Positions 1 to 10,007 of a DNA stretch of 64,000 nucleotides are shown here, piece after piece; within the stretch, counting starts at the first letter, position 1; each line of letters starts with the position of its first letter. The stretch comes from Armatimonadota bacterium (GTDB taxonomy: Bacteria > Armatimonadota > SYMT01). Below the pieces are notes generated by a model, which was not told where the DNA came from, did not search any database, and was given only the letters and a program-made list of their open reading frames with translations. The stretch spans positions 160,001 through 224,000 of the forward strand of contig JAWLHY010000010.1 of assembly GCA_041690135.1 (NCBI GenBank), written 5' to 3'. The position numbers and the translations under genes are program-made.

Positions 1-2113
1 AGGCACGCACCATCGGAGCCAGTTTCAGGGCGGACGCATCCGAACCGAGATGAGCCAGGGCGGTCATCGCCCACTTCTCCTTCGAAACCGCGCCATCCGC
101 CAGCCAGAGCTCGAACAGGCGCCAGGCGAAACGGTTCAGCGAGCCACGGTCCACGTGTTTCCGAAGGCCCTGGAGAAGCGGGCCCGGTTCTCCCAGCGGA
201 TCGCGCTGCAGCGCACCAAGCACCTCCTGAACCTGCGCCTGGCTTAGGCAGCGATCACCGATGGCGATTAAAGGAAGGTCGGCGGGGCTCACCCACTGGG
301 GCGGCGCGGCCTTCTTCTTGCCGGTGGCCGCTGCCAGGGCCTCGCGCAGCCAGGTGGGGGTGGAGGCCTCATCCAACGGATCGAGGGCAGACCCTTCTTC
401 TTCCAGCAGGCTACGCACCTTCTCCGCCACGTCCGCGGGCGCCTGCTCCAGCGCGGCCTGGATGAGTGCCTTTGCACCCTTCCGACCCAATGCGCGCAGG
501 TATTCCGCGGCCAACTCGGCCAGCTTTCCCCTTCCGGCCGCCGTGGGAATCAGTCCGACCACGGCATGTTCCGGGTGGGCTTCGAGCCACTGGCGCGCCG
601 GGCGACCGGCCTTGGATGATACGGTGAGCTCCAGCATGTGGGGAGCCGCCTCCGGCGCCTTGACGGCGGCGAACGCCTCCAGAAGCTGCTCCGCGGCCTC
701 TTTGTTTTCAGCGGTCGCCACCGCGTCATGGACCACGTCGAGAGCGCCGTATTCCGTATGGGCCAGCCAGGCGCCGACATACTCGGGCAGATGCAGGCGG
801 AGCTTCAGCCGCCGCATGTGCGACTCGACCAGTCGCGGCTCTCCCAGGCCGAAAAGGATCTCCATGGGGCGGTCGTAGTAGTACGCGTACTGGCCCCCGA
901 ATTGATCGTCCGGCCATGCCTCCACGACAGCCCGCAATTCCTCGTGCATTCCAGTGATGGCCGCGAAGAAAAAGGCTGCCGGACGTGGCGAAGACCAGAG
1001 GTGGGGCTGGACCTGGGGCCTTACCAGGTCTCGGACTTGCGTCAACTCTGCCTCCGTCAGAAAGGGCAGCACCAGCGTACGGAAGCCCTGGCCGAACGCC
1101 TGACTCCGATTGGACCAGTAGTTGCCCCACCAACTCTGGTTCCGGAACTCCTCGTCGCGGGCCAGAAGCCACTCCAGGACAACCGGAACCGAGAAGAGGT
1201 TGACCAGCGGCACGATCAGGTGCCCGGGCGTGTGCGCCATCTGCTGCTCGACGCGCGTGGTGATCTCCTCCAGGGTGATCTCGCCGGTAAACCCACGCTG
1301 CTTCAGGGCTTGCGCACGCTGGGAGTGGTCCACTTCGCCCGAAGTCGATTCCGGCAGTCCGAGCGCCTTGAGAGCTTTCAGAAACTCCGATCCATCCTTT
1401 GCGCTCCCGCGGCCCCAAACGATGAGGTGCCGGGCAAGGTCTTTGGGAGCGAAATCCTTCGGACGGGCGGACATCGCCAGCGCCCAGAAGTGAGCTTCTT
1501 CTCGGGTGAGTTTCGGAGCAATTCGCGCCTTCTCCCAGGCCCAGGTCCAGCCGTAGTGAGAGGTAGTGACCTTCGAGAGCCTCGCCGCAGCTTCATCGAG
1601 ATCGAAGGGCGGGGCTTCCGGAAGGGAGCGCGGCGTGCGCGGTCGCCAGGTAGCCCACTGCCAGTCCTCCGACTTCAGATCGAGCGACCGCGATACGTGT
1701 GCGCTGCTGGGAGGATTCGTCTTTGGGGCGGTAACTACCGCTTCATCGATCTGCGCCTCACCCTGGCCGGTTTCATCCGCGGAGCTTGTGGGAGCTTGAG
1801 GCTTTCCCGATACTGTTGACTTGCGTGGGGTGGACGGTGGCGCCACGCGGTTGGTCGGCGCAGGGGTCGCGGACGTGGAGGAAGCCGCCGGAATGGCGGT
1901 AACGCCCTGCTCCACGTAGCCTTTCTTGACCTTCTCGGCGATCAGCTTTTCGGCGGACTTCTGCGCCTCCGCCTCCGAGCCGAACTCCTTGGTCTGCGTC
2001 TGCCCGGTCGTTCCGATTCGCCCGTACTGGACGGTATAGCCGGCGTCCTCGACCGATATCCGCCAGAACTTGTGCGAACTGCCCTCGCTGAATTGGAACT
2101 CTCTCGTCGCCAT
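1..2113 (-). CDS. WGR-domain / DUF4132-type (MolR-like) protein, 3' end outside window
   Basis: Not in ORF track (no stop inside window). ATG at 2113 gives MATREFQFSEGSSHKFWRISVEDAGYTVQYGRIGTTGQTQTKEF...EKVKKGY, a typical WGR domain. The same frame near position 1 reads FAWRLFELWLADGAVSKEKWAMTALAHLGSDASALKLAPMVRA, as in DUF4132 proteins. Confidence 0.85.
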   Translation of the reverse strand, partial: MATREFQFSEGSSHKFWRISVEDAGYTVQYGRIGTTGQTQTKEFGSEAEAQKSAEKLIAEKVKKGYVEQGVTAIPAASSTSATPAPTNRVAPPSTPRKSTVSGKPQAPTSSADETGQGEAQIDEAVVTAPKTNPPSSAHVSRSLDLKSEDWQWATWRPRTPRSLPEAPPFDLDEAAARLSKVTTSHYGWTWAWEKARIAPKLTREEAHFWALAMSARPKDFAPKDLARHLIVWGRGSAKDGSEFLKALKALGLPESTSGEVDHSQRAQALKQRGFTGEITLEEITTRVEQQMAHTPGHLIVPLVNLFSVPVVLEWLLARDEEFRNQSWWGNYWSNRSQAFGQGFRTLVLPFLTEAELTQVRDLVRPQVQPHLWSSPRPAAFFFAAITGMHEELRAVVEAWPDDQFGGQYAYYYDRPMEILFGLGEPRLVESHMRRLKLRLHLPEYVGAWLAHTEYGALDVVHDAVATAENKEAAEQLLEAFAAVKAPEAAPHMLELTVSSKAGRPARQWLEAHPEHAVVGLIPTAAGRGKLAELAAEYLRALGRKGAKALIQAALEQAPADVAEKVRSLLEEEGSALDPLDEASTPTWLREALAAATGKKKAAPPQWVSPADLPLIAIGDRCLSQAQVQEVLGALQRDPLGEPGPLLQGLRKHVDRGSLNRFAWRLFELWLADGAVSKEKWAMTALAHLGSDASALKLAPMVRA

Positions 2114-2321
2114 TCACCTACCCCCGGCCGCATCATTGCAACACTCGTAACCTGTTTCCTGCCGGGACCGCCTGGTCCTCCCTCCCGCCGTGGAGGCGAA
2201 CTCAAGGGTGAGGGCGCCGGGCTCATAAATCCCTGTAGGTCTGCCAAGCACCCGCCTATAATCTGTTTACCTGTGGCAAGGTCTGGCATTTGGAAGCCGT
2301 GGCATAGTGTGTGAGGCCAAG

Positions 2322-4430
2322 ATGATTTCGAACGAACGCGAGAACCGCATCGGACCTTGCAGTTCAACCCATCTGGATAACACCACCGACCTGCGCTCGT
2401 TGCTGGCACACGCGCGGTGCCTCTTGTGGCGAGCCGTCGTCGAGGCCCCTCCTCCAGGCGAGGAGGGTTTCCGCTGGACCTTTTCGTTTTTCGACGAAGA
2501 AACCGCGCAGCGCTTCCTGCCGCTGGAACTGCTGCCCGGCGAAACGTATGCGAAAGCCTTCTACCGGCACAAGCCGGAAGCAGATCGCCAACTGGCCGAT
2601 CGCATTGCGGGGGAGGCCCTGCGGAATGGACTGCCGGCGTACCAGCACGATACCCGTTGCCGGCGAAGAGATGGGGAGATCCGCTGGCTCCACGAGGAAG
2701 TGCAACTCGAGGCCATCTCACCGGGACGCTGGCAGGCGATTGGCACGTGCACCGATATCACCGATCGCCGGCTTGCCGAGGAAGCGCTGCGGGAAAGCGA
2801 GGCCCGTTACCGAGCGTCCTTCGAACACACCAAAGTGGCTGTGGTCCATACGGATCTGGAGCACCGCTTCGTGCGGACGAATGCCGCCTTTGCCCAGATG
2901 TTCGGCTATTCGGAAGAAGAGATTCTCCAACTCTCGATGCCGGACATCACCCATCCCAATCACCTGGGCGAGAGCATCCAACAACGGATGCCCCTGCTCG
3001 CCGGAGAGAGCGACTTTTTCCAGATGGAGAAGCGCTACCTTCATCGGGACGGACATGTACTCTGGGGACTTACCAACGTCGCACTGGTGCGGGACTCTTA
3101 CGGCCGTCCATCTTTCTATTTGGGACAGGTACAGGACATTACCGCGCGGAAGCAGGCCGAAGAACGTGCCCTGGGCCTGGCGAATGGCTTGCGCGAGGTG
3201 CTATCCGCCGTGGATCTCCTCCTGGCGTGCGAGACCCTGGACCAACTTTTGAAAAGGGGAGTCGAAACGGCTCGCGAGCGACTGGGGCTGGAGCGCTGCT
3301 CCATCTTCCTGGTAGATAGATCCGGGCAACAGGTCGTAGGTTCCTACGGCACGGACGGCGAGGGTCGGACGACGGATGAACGCACGGTTTGTGGGGAGAT
3401 CAATGCGGAGTGGGAGCGCTACCTCCAGGGAGATGCGACCACCGGAGCCCGGTGGTCGCTCATTGCAGACCATCCGCTGAACTATTGGGACCAGGGTGAG
3501 TGTCGCTATCTGGGAAAGAATAGTTGGAGCGCCGCAACTCCCATCCAGGGCCCGGCCGGGCCCATCGGTGTCCTTTTCAACGACTCGGCGCTGACGGGAG
3601 CCCCGCTGGACCGGACGCAACAGGAGGTGGTGGTTGTCTACGCAAGATTGCTCGGCAGCCTGATCCAGAACCAGCTTGCGGAAGAGAGGCTGCGCGCCAA
3701 AGACCGTGAAGTCCGGGCCATGACCGAGCAACTCTGGCAGGCGGCGAAACTGGCCACGATGGGCGAGCTGGCGGCGAGCATCGCGCACGAATTGAACAAC
3801 CCGCTGGGCATTATGAGCCTGCGATTGGAAGAACTGCTGATGGATGTCGCCGATGGGCCGCAAGCGGATTCGCTGCGGGTAGTTGAGGGTGAAATCCAGC
3901 GCATGGCGGGTCTCGTTTCCAACCTCTTGCAGTTCAGCCGGCGGAACAGGCAGCACATCTCCACGGTGGATCTTTCGGTCGAGGTCGAAAACGCGTTGGA
4001 GCTGGTGAGTTACCTCTTCCCCAAGCACAACATCCAGGTGTCCCGCGAGTACTCGCCGAACGTCCCCCCGGTCCTAGCGGACCGGCAGCAGATCCGTCAA
4101 CTTCTGCTGAACCTGATTGTGAATGCGATCGACGCCATGGCCGGGGGAGGCACGCTTACCGTAAGGGTGACCTCGAATGGGTGGGCCACGGTCGAGATCA
4201 TCGATACCGGGACGGGCATCCCCGCGGAGCTGCTGGAACGGGTTACGGAGCCGTTTTTTACGACCAAGGCGGAGGGCAAAGGCACCGGACTGGGTCTGAG
4301 CATCTGCCAGCGGATCGTGCAGGACCACCACGGCCGGATGGAGGTTGAGAGCCAGCCGGGTCGTGGCACCACCATTCGCGTGCGACTGGTGAAAGTCAAC
4401 CGCACCACCGCATCATACCTTGCAGATTAG
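2322..4430 (+). CDS. PAS-PAS-GAF sensor histidine kinase
   Basis: PAS/PAC motifs (DITDRR, DITARK), GAF region, H-box ASIAHELNNPL, N box LLNLIVNAIDAM, G boxes DTGTGI/GTGLGLSI. Start chosen at ATG 2322. Confidence 0.93.
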   Translation: MISNERENRIGPCSSTHLDNTTDLRSLLAHARCLLWRAVVEAPPPGEEGFRWTFSFFDEETAQRFLPLELLPGETYAKAFYRHKPEADRQLADRIAGEALRNGLPAYQHDTRCRRRDGEIRWLHEEVQLEAISPGRWQAIGTCTDITDRRLAEEALRESEARYRASFEHTKVAVVHTDLEHRFVRTNAAFAQMFGYSEEEILQLSMPDITHPNHLGESIQQRMPLLAGESDFFQMEKRYLHRDGHVLWGLTNVALVRDSYGRPSFYLGQVQDITARKQAEERALGLANGLREVLSAVDLLLACETLDQLLKRGVETARERLGLERCSIFLVDRSGQQVVGSYGTDGEGRTTDERTVCGEINAEWERYLQGDATTGARWSLIADHPLNYWDQGECRYLGKNSWSAATPIQGPAGPIGVLFNDSALTGAPLDRTQQEVVVVYARLLGSLIQNQLAEERLRAKDREVRAMTEQLWQAAKLATMGELAASIAHELNNPLGIMSLRLEELLMDVADGPQADSLRVVEGEIQRMAGLVSNLLQFSRRNRQHISTVDLSVEVENALELVSYLFPKHNIQVSREYSPNVPPVLADRQQIRQLLLNLIVNAIDAMAGGGTLTVRVTSNGWATVEIIDTGTGIPAELLERVTEPFFTTKAEGKGTGLGLSICQRIVQDHHGRMEVESQPGRGTTIRVRLVKVNRTTASYLAD

Positions 4431-4439
4431 GAGGCCATC

Positions 4440-6590
4440 GTGTCGCAAGGCAAGCTGGGACGCGTGCTTGTAGTCGATGACGAGCCGGAAATGGTCGGGA
4501 CGTTGTGTCGCCTGCTGGAACGCCATGGCTATGAGGCCATCGGGCGAGAGGAGGGAAGTGCGGCCCTCGTGCTACTCGGCCAGGAAGACTTCGACCTGCT
4601 GCTGACCGATCTGATGATGCCCGGAATGGACGGGCTGACCCTGATGGAACTGGCGCAGCAGCTCGATCCACAGGTCGTCTGCATCGTCATGACCGGCCAG
4701 GCGACCGTGCAAACCGCGGTTGACGCCATGAAGCTCGGGGCCTTTGACTATATCACCAAACCGTTCAAACTGCACGAGCTACTACCGGTGTTTGCGCGGG
4801 CCCTGGAGATGCGCCGTATCCGCATGGAAAACGTGCAACTGCGGCAAACGGTGGCCATGCAAGAGCTCACCAGCGCACTCACCTTGACGCTCGAGCGAGA
4901 GACGATCCTGGAGAAGGTCGCGGACGCGGCCCTGCAGCAATGCGATGCGGACGAGGCTTCGATTCTGCTCTACTCGCCCGGGGACCACGTTTTTCAGGTC
5001 GCGGTCATCGGTGGCGATTGGACGGGGCCGGGAGTTGGTGAGCAACTGCCTATCGCTCCGGAGGTGGCCCCATGGTTGGAGCAGCACCAGGCAAGGGTCA
5101 CCGACGCGGACGGTACGGAGCCGTTGTTTCCGCCCATCCGAACCGGCCCCGGATTGTCGGCGGTCTCTGTTCCCATGTTGCTGGGTGGGCGCCTGATCGG
5201 GGTCCTCCACGTTGCCCGCAAGAAGAGCGCGCGTCCTTTCGCCCCGGGGCAGGTGAAAGGCCTCACCATCCTCGCGGGAACGGCATCTGCCGCACTGGAA
5301 AGTGCGCGTCTCGTCCAGCAGCTACGCGAATCCAATCGGAGGCTGGAGTTGGCTCTGGAAGAACTCCAGAAGGCCCAGCAGCAGATCCTGGAACAAGAGC
5401 GTCTCAGCGCACTCGGTCAGATGGCCAGCGGAATAGCGCACGATTTCAACAACGCACTGGCGCCCATCCTGGGCTTCGCCGACCTGCTGGTCCGGTTACC
5501 GGAGAACCGCAACAATCCCGAGACTCTCACCAGCTACCTGGAGTACATTCGCATCGGTGCGGGGGATGCCGCGGCCGTGGTGCGGCGCCTGCGCGAATTC
5601 TACCGGGGCCGCGAGGAAGAAGACGCGTTCCAGCCGATCGACCTTCGGGAAGTGGTAGAGCAGACCGTCTCGCTGACGCAGCCCCGGTGGAAAGATCAAA
5701 CCCAAGCCCAGGGGCGGACGGTTCGCATCGATACCCGGCTGGCTTCGGTCGCGCCCGTCATGGGCGATGAATCGCAACTCCGCGAACTCTTGACAAATCT
5801 TATCTTCAATGCGGTGGATGCCATGCCGAATGGCGGAAGCATTTGTATTGCAACCGGAACCGACGGGACCCATGCGATCCTGGAAGTGAGCGACGAAGGC
5901 ACGGGGATGCCGGAAGAGGTACGGCAACACTGTCTCGATCCATTCTTCACCACCAAGGGGGAAAAGGGCACGGGGCTCGGGCTCTCGATGGTTTACGGCA
6001 TCACCAAACGGCACCATGGAAGCCTGGAGATCGAGAGTGAAGTTGGAAAAGGCACGACGTTCCGCATGCGGCTCCCCTTTGGACGGACGGCGGTTGCCGA
6101 TAACGCCCCGCAGCACTCCCCTATTCCCATGCGCCTGCACGTCCTTGTGGTGGACGATGAGGCGATGGTCCGCAACCTGGTCGCCACCTACTTCGCAGCC
6201 GACGGTCACACCACGGAGACCGCGGCAAGCGCCCGAGAAGCGCTGGAGCGGTTCCGCCCCGGCGCCTTCGATCTGGTGGTCACCGACCGGGCGATGCCCG
6301 ACGGCAGTGGCGATCAGTTGGCGGTAGCCATTCGCCAAATCGCGGCCGACCAGCCCATTATCCTGCTGACCGGCTTTGGTGAGTTGATGATCGCCAGAAG
6401 CGAGCTTCCGGAAGGAGTCGACGTCATTCTGGGAAAGCCCGTTACCCTGGGCGAACTCCGGGAGGCCGTCTCCAAAGCGTTGACCACACCTGCCGCGCCG
6501 CCGTCGAGTGCACCCGACCATGCATCCCCTCGGGCGAGCCGGAGCTCCACCGAGGCGCTGTTACCAGGCGGTGTGGTGGCATGCAACTAA
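4440..6590 (+). CDS. Hybrid kinase REC-GAF-HisKA-HATPase-REC
   Basis: N-terminal receiver (VLVVDDE, TDLMMP), H-box GIAHDFNNAL, GTGLGLS, C-terminal receiver (VVDDE, TDRAMP). AGGAGG RBS before GTG. Confidence 0.93.
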   Translation: MSQGKLGRVLVVDDEPEMVGTLCRLLERHGYEAIGREEGSAALVLLGQEDFDLLLTDLMMPGMDGLTLMELAQQLDPQVVCIVMTGQATVQTAVDAMKLGAFDYITKPFKLHELLPVFARALEMRRIRMENVQLRQTVAMQELTSALTLTLERETILEKVADAALQQCDADEASILLYSPGDHVFQVAVIGGDWTGPGVGEQLPIAPEVAPWLEQHQARVTDADGTEPLFPPIRTGPGLSAVSVPMLLGGRLIGVLHVARKKSARPFAPGQVKGLTILAGTASAALESARLVQQLRESNRRLELALEELQKAQQQILEQERLSALGQMASGIAHDFNNALAPILGFADLLVRLPENRNNPETLTSYLEYIRIGAGDAAAVVRRLREFYRGREEEDAFQPIDLREVVEQTVSLTQPRWKDQTQAQGRTVRIDTRLASVAPVMGDESQLRELLTNLIFNAVDAMPNGGSICIATGTDGTHAILEVSDEGTGMPEEVRQHCLDPFFTTKGEKGTGLGLSMVYGITKRHHGSLEIESEVGKGTTFRMRLPFGRTAVADNAPQHSPIPMRLHVLVVDDEAMVRNLVATYFAADGHTTETAASAREALERFRPGAFDLVVTDRAMPDGSGDQLAVAIRQIAADQPIILLTGFGELMIARSELPEGVDVILGKPVTLGELREAVSKALTTPAAPPSSAPDHASPRASRSSTEALLPGGVVACN

Positions 6591-6844
6591 GTGTGCGTGG
6601 GATAACCTGCGCTGTTCCAAAGGACGGAGTGGACGCGGTCACCGTCGCCCGCGACGGAATGGAATTCTCCAATACCCCCTCCGCGGGTACCCGACGCATG
6701 CGCGCGGCTACGGCGGAGTGATCTCCTCCGGGGTTGGTGCGGCACCAGTCCGGATCAAGCCTACTCGTTGCCTCACCAACCCCTTGTTCGAATCTGGGCC
6801 GAACATCACCCCGGTCAAGCGACACCGGCGACGGCGGTATGGCC

Positions 6845-7399
6845 TTACACTATCCGGCGGCGCATGCCGGCTTGCGCGTGCGGCTCGGCGGCAGTGTCGA
6901 CCGCCTCGGCTTCCACTTCCGCCTCCGCCTCCGCCTCAAGGGGCGTTTCGCGGAGGATGGATAGTTCCAGTGCCACCAACGCCGCCAGTTGGAGGAAAAA
7001 GCGTGCCAGGTGCGCATACTCCCACTGGTTGCGGACCTGCACCCAATCCGTAGGGGGAGCGTTTACCGGCCAGCTCGCCATCAAGGTATTGGTGGGGGCT
7101 ACCCAGATCCAGAACACCGCATGCGCGAGGGCCATCAGGGCAGCGCCGATAACCGTTGGCCAGTATGCGGGACGGCGATTGCGAACCAGGTACGCAAGCA
7201 CGAGGGTCGCAGCCACCGCGCCGACTTCCATGTATCCACCAATCTTGCCGTAGAACACATAGAGCGTGCGGTGCAGCGTGAGATAGAGCGCAGCATCGTA
7301 ATCCATCTTCGGCCGGAGTTCGAGCGCGTGGCTGAAGGCCAAGCCCATGCTAAGCGCCATCAGCGTGATTGCGATCAACCGCCAGATTCGCAGAGCCAT
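6845..7399 (-). CDS. DUF1772 / anthrone oxygenase-like membrane protein
   Basis: Four hydrophobic segments, FSHALEL and WVQVRNQWEYAHLAR motifs, EA-repeat tail. Confidence 0.75.
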   Translation of the reverse strand: MALRIWRLIAITLMALSMGLAFSHALELRPKMDYDAALYLTLHRTLYVFYGKIGGYMEVGAVAATLVLAYLVRNRRPAYWPTVIGAALMALAHAVFWIWVAPTNTLMASWPVNAPPTDWVQVRNQWEYAHLARFFLQLAALVALELSILRETPLEAEAEAEVEAEAVDTAAEPHAQAGMRRRIV

Positions 7400-7493
7400 C
7401 CGGTTCTCCTTGCCTTTTCGCGCCCGTTCTCCGTGCCAGTTTCCCGCGCCGCCCAGCACGCTCAAACCACGGGGCCGCGGGACCAGGGCCAGG

Positions 7494-8120
7494 CTACGCC
7501 GTCTCGTCGGTTCCGCCCGGCAGACCCCTACCCCATTCGAGAACTTCTACTCTAACCCTCGCGCGACCGGCCGAGACATAGCCGAGTTGCTCCGCCGCCC
7601 GGCGCGAGAGATCGATGATCGGTCGCCGAGCCCGATGGGGCGCGCTGAAGGGACCCCGATCCACAACTCTCACCTTTACGGACCGGTCGTTGCGCAGGTT
7701 GGTGACCCGTAGGATCGTACCGAACGGATAAGCGCGATGAGCGGCGACCATCTGGTTTTGCCGGAACGGAATGCCGCTGGCGGTCCGGCGACCTTCGAAG
7801 TGATCGGCGTAGTACGTGGCGCCACCGGTGACCTGCTCCAGGACCGGTTCAGGAAGCGCCTCGCGCAAGCGCTCCGGGGTTTGTTCCGGGGTGGCATCGG
7901 GATGGGGCACAGGCTCCGGCGCCGGCGCTTCCCGCAGAACCGGATACCGGGCCTTGAGCATCTCCACCACATCCGGTGGAACCCGCGGCGGCAGTTGGGC
8001 AGTGATGGTGGGCGCCTTCGACACGCCCGGGGAAGTCTCTGGCCGCGGACTGGCGGTGCAGCCGGCCAGGGTAACACACAGCGGCACCCAGAGAAACGGG
8101 GGCCGCGATAGCATCTTCAT
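7494..8120 (-). CDS. rlpA: RlpA-family septal lytic transglycosylase lipoprotein (DPBB, no SPOR domain)
   Basis: Lipobox LAGC, GGATYYA..FEGRRTASG, AAHRAYPFGT, VVDRGPF, IIDLSRRAA. Confidence 0.88.
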   Translation of the reverse strand: MKMLSRPPFLWVPLCVTLAGCTASPRPETSPGVSKAPTITAQLPPRVPPDVVEMLKARYPVLREAPAPEPVPHPDATPEQTPERLREALPEPVLEQVTGGATYYADHFEGRRTASGIPFRQNQMVAAHRAYPFGTILRVTNLRNDRSVKVRVVDRGPFSAPHRARRPIIDLSRRAAEQLGYVSAGRARVRVEVLEWGRGLPGGTDETA

Positions 8121-8475
8121 CTTCTAACCTCTTGCTGATTTGGTCTCCTTGGCAACGAGCGGAATATCCGCATACGGCCTGTTTTCCATGGATCTTCCGA
8201 TCTCACACTTCCCAACTGTAAGGCCAACCGCTCTTCTTGTGGCGGCTACAGCCTGGGAATGGCCAGGTGCCTGGGTTGGACTGGATACAACGAGCCAGCC
8301 CAGGGCCAGCCATGGATTGGCGCAAACAACCACGCGGGCGGAGGAGAGTGAAGGAGAAAAGCCGGGCTCGTTTGTTTCAGCGGCAGCAGGCGCGGACACA
8401 AGGAATACGGGCGCGCAGACAACGGCACTCACTCGTCCCTGTAATTCGTTTGTTCAACCCGATGAAGCACACAAG

Positions 8476-9066
8476 ATGAGCAAGAAGATCGCCATTATTC
8501 AGGGACATCCGGACCCGGTCGGTCATCACTTCGGACATGCCCTCGCCGACGCTTACATGGAGGGCGCGGGCGAAGCCAGCCATGAGACTCGCACCCTCGA
8601 AGTGGCTCGACTGGAGTTTCCCCTCCTGCACACGAAGACGGACTTCGAGCACGGCACGCCTCCGGAAGACATCCTGAAAGCCCAGGAGACCGTCCGCTGG
8701 GCGGATCATCTCGTGCTCCTGTATCCGCTGTGGCTCGGCGGCATGCCGGCCGTGCTCAAGGGATTTCTGGAGCAACTCTTCCGTCCCGCCTTCGTGACCG
8801 GCGCGGCGGACGACTTCGCGCATACCTCGGCCAGAGCGCTCAAGGGGAAGACAGCGCAGGTCGTGGTCACCATGGGCATGCCGGCGATGGCCTACCAGTG
8901 GTTCTACGGCGCACACAGCCTGAAAAGCCTGGAGCGGAACATCCTCGGCTTCTGTGGAATCGGGCCGATCCACCACACGCTGATTGGGATGGTGGAAGCG
9001 GGAGACGACGCGGACCGGGCCAAATGGCTGGAAAAACTGCGTGAACTGGGGCGGGAGGGCAAGTAG
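8476..9066 (+). CDS. NAD(P)H-dependent oxidoreductase, flavodoxin-like fold (MdaB/KefF family)
   Basis: MSKKIAIIQGHPD, WADHLVLLYPLWLGGMPAVLKGFLE. The longer ORF start at 8140 is unlikely. Confidence 0.9.
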   Translation: MSKKIAIIQGHPDPVGHHFGHALADAYMEGAGEASHETRTLEVARLEFPLLHTKTDFEHGTPPEDILKAQETVRWADHLVLLYPLWLGGMPAVLKGFLEQLFRPAFVTGAADDFAHTSARALKGKTAQVVVTMGMPAMAYQWFYGAHSLKSLERNILGFCGIGPIHHTLIGMVEAGDDADRAKWLEKLRELGREGK

Positions 9067-9085
9067 CCCTCCCTGCACCCAGGAT

Positions 9086-9119
9086 GGCCGGCCCGTTCGT
9101 GCCGAAGAACGGGCCGGCC
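9086..9119. terminator. GC-rich hairpin between convergent genes
   Basis: GGCCGGCCCGTTC-N8-GAACGGGCCGGCC perfect 13-bp stem. Confidence 0.6.
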
Positions 9120-9141
9120 TTGAAGCAAGTTGGGGATGCGA

Positions 9142-9846
9142 TTAGGGGGTCCAGGCGAACCAGACCAGCCACACGTCCAGCCGGCGGTTCTCGGCAGTGC
9201 GGGGGACGTTGATGTGGTTCATCAGGTAGCCGGTTTCCACCCGAAGCTGCGGGTTCACCTGGCGGCTGACGCCGAGGAACAGGCGGTTCTGATCGAAGCC
9301 GGAAACCGGCCCGTTGTCGGTGGAGTTCAGGTTGAAGAAGAACTCGTCGTAGCCGACCAGGGCCCACTTTTTGTCCGCGCAGATGGGATGGGTCAGGCGG
9401 AACATGCTCCGCAGGCGGACCGCCGTGCCGCCCGCGCCCTCGATAAAGCGCTCTTCCAGACGCGTGCGGTTGGTGAAGGCAGTATTGCCGAACCGATCAT
9501 CGTAGAGCAACTGCTGGTAAATTCGGTGTTCATCCGCAAAGCCGGGCTCGAACAGCGGTGTCCAGCCGTAGCCCTGCCAGACCGACACTTTGGAATTGAG
9601 CCGATAGCCGATGGCTGGTCGTACGATGAGGCGCTCCAACTCCGAAATGTCCTGGCCAATGCGAGGCTGAACTTCGAAGTAGCCGATCCACCGATCGGAG
9701 AGGTTTTTCTGAACCGTGAACAGCGTCCATTGCTGGGTGTCCACGTCGTCGGCGCAGGCAGGCGACGTGACGGCGAGCGCCAGGGCAACGCCCAAGGTGG
9801 CCGCGACGATGCGGCTACGGATGGTGTTGAATAGGTCAGTCATCAA
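9142..9846 (-). CDS. DUF2490-family outer-membrane beta-barrel protein
   Basis: Signal peptide, EHRIYQQ, RTRLEERF, DEFFFNLN, GFDQNRLFLG, ETGYLM motifs, aromatic C-terminus. Confidence 0.85.
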   Translation of the reverse strand: MMTDLFNTIRSRIVAATLGVALALAVTSPACADDVDTQQWTLFTVQKNLSDRWIGYFEVQPRIGQDISELERLIVRPAIGYRLNSKVSVWQGYGWTPLFEPGFADEHRIYQQLLYDDRFGNTAFTNRTRLEERFIEGAGGTAVRLRSMFRLTHPICADKKWALVGYDEFFFNLNSTDNGPVSGFDQNRLFLGVSRQVNPQLRVETGYLMNHINVPRTAENRRLDVWLVWFAWTP

Positions 9847-9924
9847 ACCTACGTATCTCAGACCAGCCGCCAGTTAGTCGTGTTTGCAGGGGGTAACCAG
9901 GAAGGCACGCCAACGAAACCCGTT

Positions 9925-9991
9925 TTGCGCATTTTCGATATTGCGCAATTACTCCGGCCGGTTATACTGAGGAGCGGCAATATGCATTGAT
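9925..9991. promoter_or_regulatory. Candidate ArsR/SmtB operator(s) in divergent promoter
   Basis: Perfect palindrome ATTGCGCAAT (9940-9949), preceded by a second TTGCGCA at 9925, plus near-palindrome CAATATGCATTG near 9978, in an AT-rich gap. Confidence 0.45.
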
Positions 9992-10007
9992 TGGAAGGAT
10001 GTAACCG

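Noticed and set aside
638-1819. Long antisense ORFs (also 22368..24473, 36092..37480, 39507..41108, 59331..60284)
   Set aside because: Shadows of real genes on the opposite strand, expected at high GC.
4428-4442. Kinase 1 TAG is in frame with kinase 2 (possible readthrough fusion)
   Set aside because: The spacer holds a good AGGAGG RBS for the GTG start and both proteins are complete; one-in-three chance of sharing a frame.
8124-8475. Extended N-terminus of the oxidoreductase and the 102-aa minus-strand ORF
   Set aside because: Low-complexity, no motifs; the family start is MSKKIAII at 8476.
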